Both the position numbers and the translations under genes were made by a program. A stretch of DNA of 64,000 nucleotides, taken from an uncultured Rikenella sp. (GTDB lineage: Bacteria; Bacteroidota; Bacteroidia; Bacteroidales; VadinHA17). The DNA lies in the NCBI GenBank assembly GCA_964635655.1, contig CAZWOC010000016.1, forward strand, positions 28,120 through 92,119. The letters are read 5' to 3'. Below, piece by piece: positions 47,309-56,183 of the stretch; the first letter of the stretch is position 1, and each line of letters begins with the position of its first letter. Below the pieces are notes generated by a model that saw only the letters and a program-made list of their open reading frames with translations, was not told the origin of the DNA and made no database searches.

Positions 47309-48556
47309 TCAGTTTCTGAAGTCAGCCATCTCGTTTGTCGGATAAGCGTTTGTCTCAAGCTTCTTCTTGACCTCCTTGAATGCCTTTATCGTGTAATTGA
47401 CATCCTCCATTGTATGGGCGGCAGTCGGGATGATCCTGAGCATAATGACCCCCTTGGGAACCACCGGGTATATTACAACCGAGCAGAAGATACCGTAGTT
47501 TTTGCGCAGGTCCTTGATGAGGTGGGTTGTTTGTGCCAGTTCCCCGTTGAAGAAGACAGGAGTCACTGGTGACTGTGTTTTTCCGAGATCGAAGCCAGCC
47601 TCCCTGAATCCCTTCTGGAGAGCATTTGCAATCTGCCACAGTTTTTCGCGAAGCTCCGGGTGATTCTTTATCATTTCCAGGCGTTTGATTGCGCCTATAG
47701 TCATTGCCATTGGCAGTGACTTGGCATAAATCTGTGAGCGGAGGTTGAACCTGAGGAAGCTTATTACATCCTTGTCGCCTGCAATGAATCCGCCTATTCC
47801 GGCGAAGCTCTTTGCGAAAGTCGCGAAATAAACGTCTATCTGGTCCTGCACTCCGAAGTGTTCGCCGGTGCCGGCTCCGGTTTTACCCATTGTTCCGATG
47901 CCGTGGGCATCATCAACGAGGAGGCGGAAGTTGTACTTTTTCTTGTAGGATACTATTTTGTCCAGTGCCCCCAGGTCGCCTGCCATGCCGAACACACCCT
48001 CGGTGATGACGAGGATGCCTCCACCGGTCTCTGCAACGATTTTCTGAGCATGCTGAAGCTGCTTTTCGAAGCCTTCCATGTCATTGTGCGGATAGACAAA
48101 CCGTTTTGCAAGCACCATCCTTAGCCCGTCCATGATGCAGGCATGTGATTCCGAATCATAGACGATGACATCATGTCTTCCTGCAAGGCAGTCTATTGTT
48201 GAGACCATCCCCTGGTAACCGTAGTTGAGGAGGTAAGCAGCTTCTTTTCCGACAAATTCAGCAGCCATCTGTTCGAACTTCTCGTGCATGGTGGTTTGGC
48301 CTGACATCATCCTGGCACCCATCGGGTATGCAAGTCCGTACTGTGCTGTGGCTTCAGCGTCAACCTTTCTTATTTCCGGGTGATTTGCAAGTCCGAGGTA
48401 GTTATTGAGACTCCAGTTAAGGACCTCCCTACCCATGAATTTCATACGGGGGGCTATTTCACCCTCAAGCTTCGGGAACATAAAGTATCCGTCTGCCAGT
48501 TCCTGGTACTGTCCGAGCGCACCACGGTTCTTTCTGATCTTGTCGAAAATATCCAC
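47309..48556 (-). CDS. PLP-dependent alpha-oxoamine synthase family acyltransferase (Kbl/BioF/Spt-like)
   Basis: NNYLGLANHPEI motif, the DDAHG Asp/His pair, and the PLP-lysine context ATFAKSFAGIGG. 415 aa. Substrate (glycine, serine, alanine, cysteate) cannot be told by eye. Confidence 0.85.
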   Translation of the reverse strand: MDIFDKIRKNRGALGQYQELADGYFMFPKLEGEIAPRMKFMGREVLNWSLNNYLGLANHPEIRKVDAEATAQYGLAYPMGARMMSGQTTMHEKFEQMAAEFVGKEAAYLLNYGYQGMVSTIDCLAGRHDVIVYDSESHACIMDGLRMVLAKRFVYPHNDMEGFEKQLQHAQKIVAETGGGILVITEGVFGMAGDLGALDKIVSYKKKYNFRLLVDDAHGIGTMGKTGAGTGEHFGVQDQIDVYFATFAKSFAGIGGFIAGDKDVISFLRFNLRSQIYAKSLPMAMTIGAIKRLEMIKNHPELREKLWQIANALQKGFREAGFDLGKTQSPVTPVFFNGELAQTTHLIKDLRKNYGIFCSVVIYPVVPKGVIMLRIIPTAAHTMEDVNYTIKAFKEVKKKLETNAYPTNEMADFRN

Positions 48557-48584
48557 GTCAAGTATTGTTTTTGATTATTGCCCG

Positions 48585-48592
48585 CAAAATTA
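48585..48592 (-). promoter_or_regulatory. Candidate -7 promoter element (TAATTTTG on the minus strand) for the alpha-oxoamine synthase gene
   Basis: The reverse complement of caaaatta matches TAnnTTTG, 29 nt upstream of the start at 48556. Confidence 0.45.
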
Positions 48593-48723
48593 TTAAAACA
48601 TTGATCCTTGACAGTACCTATTTATACCTATTTGTTCCTCTGAATTAACACTCTCTTAACTACTCAGCGTTGATTATTAGTGCACTTTTGTATCAATTTG
48701 GCTCTGTCAATGAAAAAAAATAG

Positions 48724-48731
48724 TAATTTTG
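48724..48731 (+). promoter_or_regulatory. Candidate -7 promoter element (TAATTTTG) for the bamD-rpoZ-coaBC cluster
   Basis: Exact TAnnTTTG match, 17 nt upstream of the ATG at 48748. Confidence 0.45.
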
Positions 48732-48747
48732 CGCAACATTTCCGGGT

Positions 48748-49566
48748 ATGAAGGTCAGACCGATAACACTTTTAATGCTAGCTCTCATCGTCACATCATG
48801 CGGTGAGTATGAAAAACTTCTCAAGAGCACTGATAACGAGCTCAAAAGGGAGAAGGTCTTCGACTATTACGATGATGGCAAATATATAAAGTCAATTGAG
48901 CTTCTCTCCCAGATACTGCCACGCTTCAGGGCCACCGACCAGGCTGAACAGCTTAACTGGATAAATGCCCAGGCTCATTACAGGATACGTGATTACATGA
49001 TGGCAGGTCAGTATTACCAGGAGTTTGCAGACACCTACCCCGGCAGCAACAATGCAGAAGAGGCTGCCTATCTTGCGGCACTGTGTGAGTACTACCAGAG
49101 CCCAAGGGCGGAGCTTGACCAGACAAACACCAGGAAAGCAATAGAAAGCTTTACAATATTCATGCAGAGATACCCGACGAGCACCCGTACTGACGACTGC
49201 AAGGCGAGGATTCTCGATTTGCAGGAGAAACTGGTTGAAAAATCGTATCTCAGCGCCAGGCTTTACTATGACCTGAAAGAGTACAGGGCTGCAACGGTCT
49301 CACTGGCAAACAGTCTCAAGGAGTATCCTGATACAAAGTACCGTGAGGAACTGATGTTCCTTAAGCTGGATGCACTTTACCTCTTCGCTGCAAACAGCAT
49401 CCCTGAGAAAAAGCTTGAACGCTACCAGACAACACTGGACGAGTATTATTCGTTTATAGAAGAGTTTCCAAAGAGCAGGTTCTCAAAGGAAGTATCAAGG
49501 ATCTTCGAAAGCACGGCGAAGTACCTGAAGGTTGACACTACCGTGAAACAGACTGAAAGTAACTGA
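48748..49566 (+). CDS. bamD: Outer-membrane protein assembly factor BamD (TPR lipoprotein)
   Basis: Lipobox (LIVTSC), TPR-like helices, 272 aa. It has the conserved Bacteroidetes context bamD-rpoZ-coaBC. Confidence 0.8.
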   Translation: MKVRPITLLMLALIVTSCGEYEKLLKSTDNELKREKVFDYYDDGKYIKSIELLSQILPRFRATDQAEQLNWINAQAHYRIRDYMMAGQYYQEFADTYPGSNNAEEAAYLAALCEYYQSPRAELDQTNTRKAIESFTIFMQRYPTSTRTDDCKARILDLQEKLVEKSYLSARLYYDLKEYRAATVSLANSLKEYPDTKYREELMFLKLDALYLFAANSIPEKKLERYQTTLDEYYSFIEEFPKSRFSKEVSRIFESTAKYLKVDTTVKQTESN

Positions 49567-49582
49567 AATCATCTATAAGAAT

Positions 49583-49918
49583 ATGGATTACAAAAAGACA
49601 TCGGCATCCTACACAACAATCACAAGGAATATTGACAAGTTCGACGCCTCAACGGGAAATATTTACGAAAGTGTCATCGTCTGCAACAGGAGGGCAAACC
49701 AGATCTCCGTCGAGATGAAGCAGGAATTGAACTCGAAGCTCGAGGAATTTGCTTCGTTCAATGACAACCTTGAGGAGGTGTTCGAGAACAGGGAGCAGAT
49801 CGAGATATCCAAGTTCTACGAGAGGCTGCCGAAGCCAACTCTCATCGCTCTTGCCGAATTTGAGGATGGCAAGATCTACTACCGTAACCCTGATAAGGAG
49901 CAGAAGCCGAAGAAATAA
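49583..49918 (+). CDS. rpoZ: DNA-directed RNA polymerase subunit omega
   Basis: 111 aa with the core NIYESVIVCNRRANQI, resembling the omega motif. Its position between bamD and coaBC fits. Confidence 0.75.
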   Translation: MDYKKTSASYTTITRNIDKFDASTGNIYESVIVCNRRANQISVEMKQELNSKLEEFASFNDNLEEVFENREQIEISKFYERLPKPTLIALAEFEDGKIYYRNPDKEQKPKK

Positions 49919-49927
49919 GGTCATCAC

Positions 49928-51139
49928 ATGCTTGAAGGCAGGAAAATACTGCTTGGAGTCACCGGAGGTATAGCAGCTTACAAGGCTGCCGTTATCATCC
50001 GGTTGCTTGTTAAGGAAGGAGCCGAAGTAAAGGTTTTAATGACCCCTCTTGCAAAGGAGTTCATTACACCGCTGACACTTGCAACCCTTTCAAAGAATCC
50101 CGTCCTTGTCGATTTCTTCGATCCTGAGGACGGGCGCTGGAACAGCCATATCGATCTTGGAATGTGGGCTGACCTGTTCCTTGTCGCTCCGGCTACTGCC
50201 AACACGATGGGCAAGATGGCGTCAGGAATAGCAGACAATCTGCTTCTTACAACATATCTGTCAGCCCGTTGTCCGGTTTTCATCGCACCTGCGATGGATC
50301 TTGACATGCTCGCCCATCCGGCTACTGTCAGCAACATTGAAAGGCTGAAGTCGTTTGGTTGTCATTTTATTGAACCTGACACAGGTGAGCTTGCCAGCGG
50401 ACTGGAGGGCAAAGGCCGCATGGCCGAACCGGAGGTGATAGTGAAGGAGCTGAGAGAGTTCCTTTCAAAAAAAAAAATAACTGAGCTTCCGCTGCATGGC
50501 AGGAGGGTCTTCATCAATGCAGGCCCCACGGTTGAACCGATAGATCCGGTCCGGTTCATCAGCAATTATTCTTCAGGGCGAATGGGTATTGCCCTCGCAG
50601 ACACGGCAGTCAGGCTGGGCGCTGATGTTACACTGGTATTGGGTCCGGTGAGTGTCAGACCAAAGGAAAAAAAGGTCACTGTCGTGCCGGTAAAAACCGC
50701 CGCTGAGATGAAAGAAGCATCCATTAAGGCTTTCGCGTCATGCGATATTGCAATACTGGCAGCCGCTGTGGCTGATTTTACGCCTGAGTCAACCTCCCCG
50801 ACCAAGGTAAAAAGAGGGGACACCGACCTTATTATAAGGTTGAAACCTACTGAAGACATAGCTGCCTGCCTTGGAAACATGAAAAAGAAGGGGCAGTTCC
50901 TGGCCGGTTTTGCACTTGAGACAGACAACGAGGTTACAAATGCAAAAGGCAAGATGCAAAGGAAAAACCTCGACATGATCATCCTGAACTCGCTTAGGGA
51001 CGAGGGGGCCGGCTTCGGGCACGATACCAACCGGATCACAATAATTGACAGAACCGATAATATTGATAAATTTGAACTGAAATCGAAGGACGAAGTCGCT
51101 TCGGATATTTTTGACAGAATCATTTCACTCACACGCTGA
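49928..51139 (+). CDS. coaBC: Bifunctional phosphopantothenoylcysteine decarboxylase / phosphopantothenate-cysteine ligase
   Basis: N-terminal flavoprotein motif ILLGVTGGIAAYKA, PATANTMGKMASGIADNLL, and C-terminal DFP-domain ISNYSSGRMG and AAAVADF. Confidence 0.95.
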   Translation: MLEGRKILLGVTGGIAAYKAAVIIRLLVKEGAEVKVLMTPLAKEFITPLTLATLSKNPVLVDFFDPEDGRWNSHIDLGMWADLFLVAPATANTMGKMASGIADNLLLTTYLSARCPVFIAPAMDLDMLAHPATVSNIERLKSFGCHFIEPDTGELASGLEGKGRMAEPEVIVKELREFLSKKKITELPLHGRRVFINAGPTVEPIDPVRFISNYSSGRMGIALADTAVRLGADVTLVLGPVSVRPKEKKVTVVPVKTAAEMKEASIKAFASCDIAILAAAVADFTPESTSPTKVKRGDTDLIIRLKPTEDIAACLGNMKKKGQFLAGFALETDNEVTNAKGKMQRKNLDMIILNSLRDEGAGFGHDTNRITIIDRTDNIDKFELKSKDEVASDIFDRIISLTR

Positions 51140-51145
51140 CCCGCA

Positions 51146-52078
51146 ATGAATCAACAGATTAAAGGATTGCTTCTCATGGCGGCACTCCTGGTGCTGACTG
51201 CCAGGGGCAGTGTCATGTCGCAGGAGCTGTACTGCAATGTGCAGGTGTCGGCACAAAAGATCCAGGGCTCGAACCGTGAGGTTTTCCAGAACATGCAGCG
51301 TGATATATATGAGTTCATGAACAGCATGGTCTGGACCGACAATGTTTTCAGCTTCTCGGAGAGGATAGAGTGCAACCTGCTGATCAACCTCGATGACCAG
51401 CTTTCTGCTGACGAATTCCGCGGCACGATACAGGTCCAGCTCAGCAGGCCGGTTTATAACACAACCTATGAGTCAACTGTCCTTAATTTCGTGGACAATA
51501 ACTTTCAGTTCAGGTATGTTGAGTTTCAGACACTTGAGTTCAATCCGAACAGTCATACAAGCAACCTCGTATCTGTGCTGGCCTATTATGCCTACATGCT
51601 TATAGGCATGGATTTCGATACATATTCACAGGGAGGAGGTACTCCCTATTTCCAGGTTGCTGAAAAGATTGTCACAAACGCCCAGAATGCCCCTGAACAG
51701 GGATGGAAGCCGTATGACGGATCAAGGAACAGAAACCGTTACTGGCTGGTCAAGAACATTCTCGACAGTGAGTACGCCGGCGTCAGGCAGTTTCTTTACC
51801 TGTATCACCTCAGAGGGCTTGACAGGATGGAATCAGACATGACACAGGCCAGGACAGAGATTTACGAGAGCCTCAGACGTTTGCAGGAGGTCTACCGCCG
51901 CAGGCCTGATCCGTTCATGTACTATATGACAGTGGTGCTTGAGGCAAAAGCCGACGAGCTGGTAAATATCTTTTCCCAGGGCTTTCCGGAAGAGAAGAAC
52001 AGGGTGGTACAGATCCTGACCGAGATCGATCCGGCCAACGAGACAAAATATCAGAAGATATTGTCGGCCAACAGTTAA
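51146..52078 (+). CDS. DUF4835-family exported protein (family recently linked to type IX secretion as PorD; recalled, unverified)
   Basis: Signal peptide present, 310 aa. It occupies the conserved Bacteroidetes position between coaBC and recN. Assignment rests on context plus recollection of family size and position. Confidence 0.55.
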   Translation: MNQQIKGLLLMAALLVLTARGSVMSQELYCNVQVSAQKIQGSNREVFQNMQRDIYEFMNSMVWTDNVFSFSERIECNLLINLDDQLSADEFRGTIQVQLSRPVYNTTYESTVLNFVDNNFQFRYVEFQTLEFNPNSHTSNLVSVLAYYAYMLIGMDFDTYSQGGGTPYFQVAEKIVTNAQNAPEQGWKPYDGSRNRNRYWLVKNILDSEYAGVRQFLYLYHLRGLDRMESDMTQARTEIYESLRRLQEVYRRRPDPFMYYMTVVLEAKADELVNIFSQGFPEEKNRVVQILTEIDPANETKYQKILSANS

Positions 52079-52088
52079 TCAGCTGCTG

Positions 52089-53747
52089 ATGCTTCGCAGA
52101 CTCACAGTAAGGAACTACGCAATCATAAGGGAGCTGGACATGGAGTTCGGCGAAGGTTTTACAATTATTACAGGTGAGACCGGCGCCGGCAAATCAATTC
52201 TTCTCGGCGCCCTGGGACTGGTACTGGGTGAAAGAGCCGACACCTCCGTGCTGCTCAGCCAGGATGAGAAGTGTGTTGTTGAGGCCTGTTTCAACATTGG
52301 CGGGTATAATCTCACTGAGCTTTTTAAAGCGAATGATATAGATTACGATGAAGAGACTATTCTCCGGAGGGAAATAGCTCCTTCCGGGAAATCGAGGGCT
52401 TTCCTGAATGATACACCGGTCAACCTGCCAGTTCTTAAAGAATTGGGAAGCAGACTGATAGATGTTCACTCACAGCATGAGACACTGCTGCTTGGCAGTG
52501 GTTTCTTCCAGATGCGTGTAGCTGACGCCTATGCCGGCACTTCGGGCCTTGCTGTGGAGTATTCCGGGGCATGGGCACGGTATCTTGCAGCCAGGAGAGA
52601 CTATGAGACGGCGGCTCTCAACCTTGAGAAGATAAAAGCTGATTTCGACTACTATTCTCACCAGCTTGATGAATTCAGGGCTGTGAAACCTGTTCAGGGC
52701 GAGCAGGAAGTACTTGAGAAAGAGCAGGAGCTGCTATCGAATGCCTCTGAGATCAAGGAAGCCCTGACGGCAGTGGCAGCTGCCCTTGGTGGTGAAGATA
52801 TATCAGCGCTTTCACTTCTTCGTTCTGCCCGGACAGGCTTGTCACGGATTGCCGGCTGGCTGCCCGAAGCAGCTGAGCTTGAAAAAAGGCTGGATACACA
52901 GTTCATCGACCTGAATGACATAGCATACGAAGTGGAGAAGCTCAATGACAGGGCATCTGCTGATCCGGGAAGGCTTGAGTTTGTAACACAGAGGCTTGAT
53001 TCGATCTACTCGCTTATGCAGAAGCACCACTGCCGGGATCTTGATGAGCTGTTGACTGTGCAGCGGAAGGTTGAGGAGGCTGTGGCTGCCTCATCTGATA
53101 CTGACGAGAAGCTTGATGAGCTGAAGAAGAAAAGGGATGCTGCACTGGACCAGGTCAATAAACTTTCTGAGCAGCTCTCTGCGTCAAGGAGAAAAGGAGC
53201 AGCTCCCCTGTCTGCAGAGATTACGGGTATGCTACACAGGCTGGGAATGCCACATGCACGGTTTGAGACAAGGATCAGTCCTCTCCGGACCCCGGGTCCG
53301 TCCGGCATAGATGACATCAGGTTTCTTTTCAGCGCCAACAGGCAGGTTGAGCCTGAAGAACTTGCGAAATGCGCCTCCGGCGGTGAACTCTCAAGGGTGA
53401 TGCTCTGTCTTAAGTCGGTACTTGCCAACAGTTCAGGGCTGCCTGCAATAATCTTTGACGAGATCGACTCAGGTGTTTCCGGTGAGGTGGCATCGATGGT
53501 GGGAGCTATTCTCGCTGACATGGGCAGGAGCATGCAGGTGATCAATATTACACATCTGCCGCAGGTCGCCGCACGAGGTAAGATGCACTATCATGTTTAC
53601 AAGGAGGAGGGTGACCACTCAACAATAACAAGGGTCCGTTTGTTAAAGGACGAAGAGAGGGTAAAAGAGGTGGCCAGGCTTCTCAGCGGAAGCACCGTCA
53701 CCGAGGCTGCAATGCACAATGCCCGCGAACTGATGAAGGACAACTGA
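52089..53747 (+). CDS. recN: DNA repair protein RecN
   Basis: Walker A GETGAGKSIL, long coiled-coil middle, SMC signature SGGELSR, and Walker B IIFDEIDSGVSG. Confidence 0.95.
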   Translation: MLRRLTVRNYAIIRELDMEFGEGFTIITGETGAGKSILLGALGLVLGERADTSVLLSQDEKCVVEACFNIGGYNLTELFKANDIDYDEETILRREIAPSGKSRAFLNDTPVNLPVLKELGSRLIDVHSQHETLLLGSGFFQMRVADAYAGTSGLAVEYSGAWARYLAARRDYETAALNLEKIKADFDYYSHQLDEFRAVKPVQGEQEVLEKEQELLSNASEIKEALTAVAAALGGEDISALSLLRSARTGLSRIAGWLPEAAELEKRLDTQFIDLNDIAYEVEKLNDRASADPGRLEFVTQRLDSIYSLMQKHHCRDLDELLTVQRKVEEAVAASSDTDEKLDELKKKRDAALDQVNKLSEQLSASRRKGAAPLSAEITGMLHRLGMPHARFETRISPLRTPGPSGIDDIRFLFSANRQVEPEELAKCASGGELSRVMLCLKSVLANSSGLPAIIFDEIDSGVSGEVASMVGAILADMGRSMQVINITHLPQVAARGKMHYHVYKEEGDHSTITRVRLLKDEERVKEVARLLSGSTVTEAAMHNARELMKDN

Positions 53748-53818
53748 GGTGCACAGTTAAACGACAACTGAGGATTCCGGTTGAAAGAAATAGCTTAAAC
53801 AAAAGGAAACAAATCATC

Positions 53819-54655
53819 ATGATCACAAACCTGCTCGAGGGCAAGAAAGGAATCATTTTCGGAGCCCTGAACGACAAATCGATTGCCTGGCATGTTGCCG
53901 AAAAGGCTTATGCCCAGGGCGCGAGGCTTGTCCTTACAAACGCTCCGGTCGCCATTCGCATGGGAACTATAGCCGAACTGGGTGATAAAACCGGCAGCGA
54001 AGTAATCTCCGCCGATGCTACCAGCATGAAGGATCTTGAGGTACTCTTCAGGCGTTCCATGGAGATATTTGAAGGCAAGGTTGATTTTGTGCTGCACTCC
54101 ATCGGGATGTCTCCGAACGTACGCAAGGGTATTCCGTATGCTGAAAGCAGCTACGAGAACATGCTCAAGACACTTGATATCTCGGCACTGAGTTTTCACC
54201 GTATCCTGCAGACAGCATATAAACTTGATGCAATCAGGGAATGGGGCTCGGTGATTGCACTGACCTATGTCGCCGCACAGCGGACGCTGGCGGGTTACAA
54301 TGACATGGGTGATGCCAAGGCATTGCTTGAGTCGATTGCCAGGAGCTTCGGTTATATCTACGGCAAGGAGAAACATGTGAGGATAAACACTGTGTCCCAA
54401 TCGCCAACGGCCACCACCGCAGGGGCCGGGATAGCCGGTTTCGATTCACTGGTCGATTTCTCCGACAGGATGTCGCCCCTGGGCAACGCCGACGCCTCGG
54501 ACTGCGCTGACGTCTGCATAACCCTCTTCTCTGACCTGACAAGGAAGATTACCATGCAGAACATCTTCAATGACGGCGGCTTCTCGAGCATGGGTATGAG
54601 CGAGAGGGCCATTGAACAGTACAATAAAAGCTTCAGGGAGTGTCCTGATAAGTAA
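53819..54655 (+). CDS. fabI: Enoyl-[acyl-carrier-protein] reductase (NADH), FabI type
   Basis: N-terminal GxxxxxSIAW dinucleotide-binding motif (GALNDKSIAWHV), catalytic Y-x6-K (YNDMGDAKALLE), 278 aa. Confidence 0.85.
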   Translation: MITNLLEGKKGIIFGALNDKSIAWHVAEKAYAQGARLVLTNAPVAIRMGTIAELGDKTGSEVISADATSMKDLEVLFRRSMEIFEGKVDFVLHSIGMSPNVRKGIPYAESSYENMLKTLDISALSFHRILQTAYKLDAIREWGSVIALTYVAAQRTLAGYNDMGDAKALLESIARSFGYIYGKEKHVRINTVSQSPTATTAGAGIAGFDSLVDFSDRMSPLGNADASDCADVCITLFSDLTRKITMQNIFNDGGFSSMGMSERAIEQYNKSFRECPDK

Positions 54656-54753
54656 AAACACCTATCCGGGGTGGTATAAATACCTCTTTTGACAGTGCTC
54701 TGCTTTTCAGGCAAGGTGCTTTGTTTATTTTTGGTTACCCAAAACCAATCGCC

Positions 54754-56037
54754 ATGCTTTTAGCAGTATTCCTGATAGTTTTTTATTTTACGTTTCCGCT
54801 TGTACTGATATGGATGTGCAAGAAATGGAGCATCCTTCAGAAACTGGGGACGATAGTACTTGCATACGGATTCGGACTGATCATCGGTACTGCAGGTTTC
54901 TTCCCTAAGGGCAGTGACGGGTATCGTGCAGCACTGCAGGGTCAGGCTGTAATGAGTACTGCCCGGCTTGACCAGCTGATTGCGGAAGGGAAGGCAGTTC
55001 AGAATGACCGGACTGCAAATAAGATTGCCGGGATACAGGACAAGGTCTACACTGTTTCCCTGCTTGTCGCTTTTCCGCTGCTTCTGTTTTCGCTAAACCT
55101 GAAGAGATGGCTCAAATTTGCGAAGAAGGGTTTTGTATCGATTGGTCTGGCCCTGGTGGCAGGTCTTGTAATGGTTACTGCAGGTTTCTTCATATGGAAA
55201 GACACTTTTCCTGACACATGGAAGCTGGCAGGCATGTTTGAAGGAATATATACCGGCGGAACTCCGAACTTTGCCGCCCTTAAACTAATATTGGATGTTG
55301 ATGCCGAGCGGTTTGTCGTTCTAAATACATATGACATGATCGTGGGAGCCTTCCTGGTGCTGTTCTTTGTGACCGTTGCACCACGGATATTCAGGGCTTT
55401 TCTTCCCAAATTCAAGGAAGAAAAAGGGGCGGTTGTGGATGACGAACTTGTGAAACAGGAGACAGAGGGTCTGGATGATTTTTCAGGCATGCTTGATAAA
55501 CAGCGGGCATGGCCGCTTCTGAGGGCTTTGCTGATGAGTATTATTATAGCCGGTGTCGGAGCTGCCGTCTATTTTCTTATCCCGGTTGAGATGCAGCAAT
55601 ACAGGATGGCCGGGATGGTGCTTACAATTACAACCCTAGGGATACTTGCTTCACTGTACAGGCCTATTAATCAGATAAAGAAGACATTTCAGCTGGGTAT
55701 GTACCTGATACTTGTATTCTCACTTACTGTTGCTTCGATGTCTGATCTGCGGACAATGTTTACAAAAGGAATGATGGACCTGGTTTTATTTATTTCCTGG
55801 TGTTACTTCGGATCCCTGTTCCTTCACATAATACTGGCCAAAATATTCAAGATAGACGCTGATAATTTCCTCATAACAGCCACGGCATTTATTTTCTCAC
55901 CGCCGTTTGTTCCGCTGGTCGCCAATGCGCTTAAAAACAAGGATGTGATTGTAACCGGGATAGCCGGGGGAGTCATTGGCTATACACTTGGCAACTATTT
56001 CGGCACCACTCTTGCATTTTTCCTGGAGCGGTTCTGA
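54754..56037 (+). CDS. DUF819-like polytopic membrane protein
   Basis: About 11 hydrophobic segments. The motif IYTGGTPNFAAL resembles the remembered DUF819 signature (GGS.N.AA). The ATG at 54754 is preferred over the TTG at 54721. Confidence 0.6.
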   Translation: MLLAVFLIVFYFTFPLVLIWMCKKWSILQKLGTIVLAYGFGLIIGTAGFFPKGSDGYRAALQGQAVMSTARLDQLIAEGKAVQNDRTANKIAGIQDKVYTVSLLVAFPLLLFSLNLKRWLKFAKKGFVSIGLALVAGLVMVTAGFFIWKDTFPDTWKLAGMFEGIYTGGTPNFAALKLILDVDAERFVVLNTYDMIVGAFLVLFFVTVAPRIFRAFLPKFKEEKGAVVDDELVKQETEGLDDFSGMLDKQRAWPLLRALLMSIIIAGVGAAVYFLIPVEMQQYRMAGMVLTITTLGILASLYRPINQIKKTFQLGMYLILVFSLTVASMSDLRTMFTKGMMDLVLFISWCYFGSLFLHIILAKIFKIDADNFLITATAFIFSPPFVPLVANALKNKDVIVTGIAGGVIGYTLGNYFGTTLAFFLERF

Positions 56038-56044
56038 CAGGAAA

Positions 56045-56183
56045 GGTCTGAAGGTCCAAAGGTCTAAGGTCTGAAGGTCGTGGATGGCATTAATTTACAT
56101 TACCCCTGACCTTCAGACTTTCAGACCCTCAGACCCTCAGACCTTCAGACTTTCAGACTTTCAGACTTTCAGACTTTCAGATC
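56045..56183. repeat. Inverted arrays of a tandem octamer (4 x GGTCTGAA-like, 27-nt AT-rich spacer, 9 x TTCAGACY) filling a convergent intergenic gap
   Basis: Left arm 56045-56079: ggtctgaa ggtccaaa ggtctaa ggtctgaa ggtc. Right arm 56107-56183: tgacc, then ttcagact ttcagacc ctcagacc ctcagacc ttcagact x4 ttcagatc. 56068-56079 pairs with 56108-56119 over 12 positions, one of them a G-T wobble. The array ends 1 nt from the minus-gene stop codon (56184-56186) and starts 8 nt after the plus-gene stop. Confidence 0.9.
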
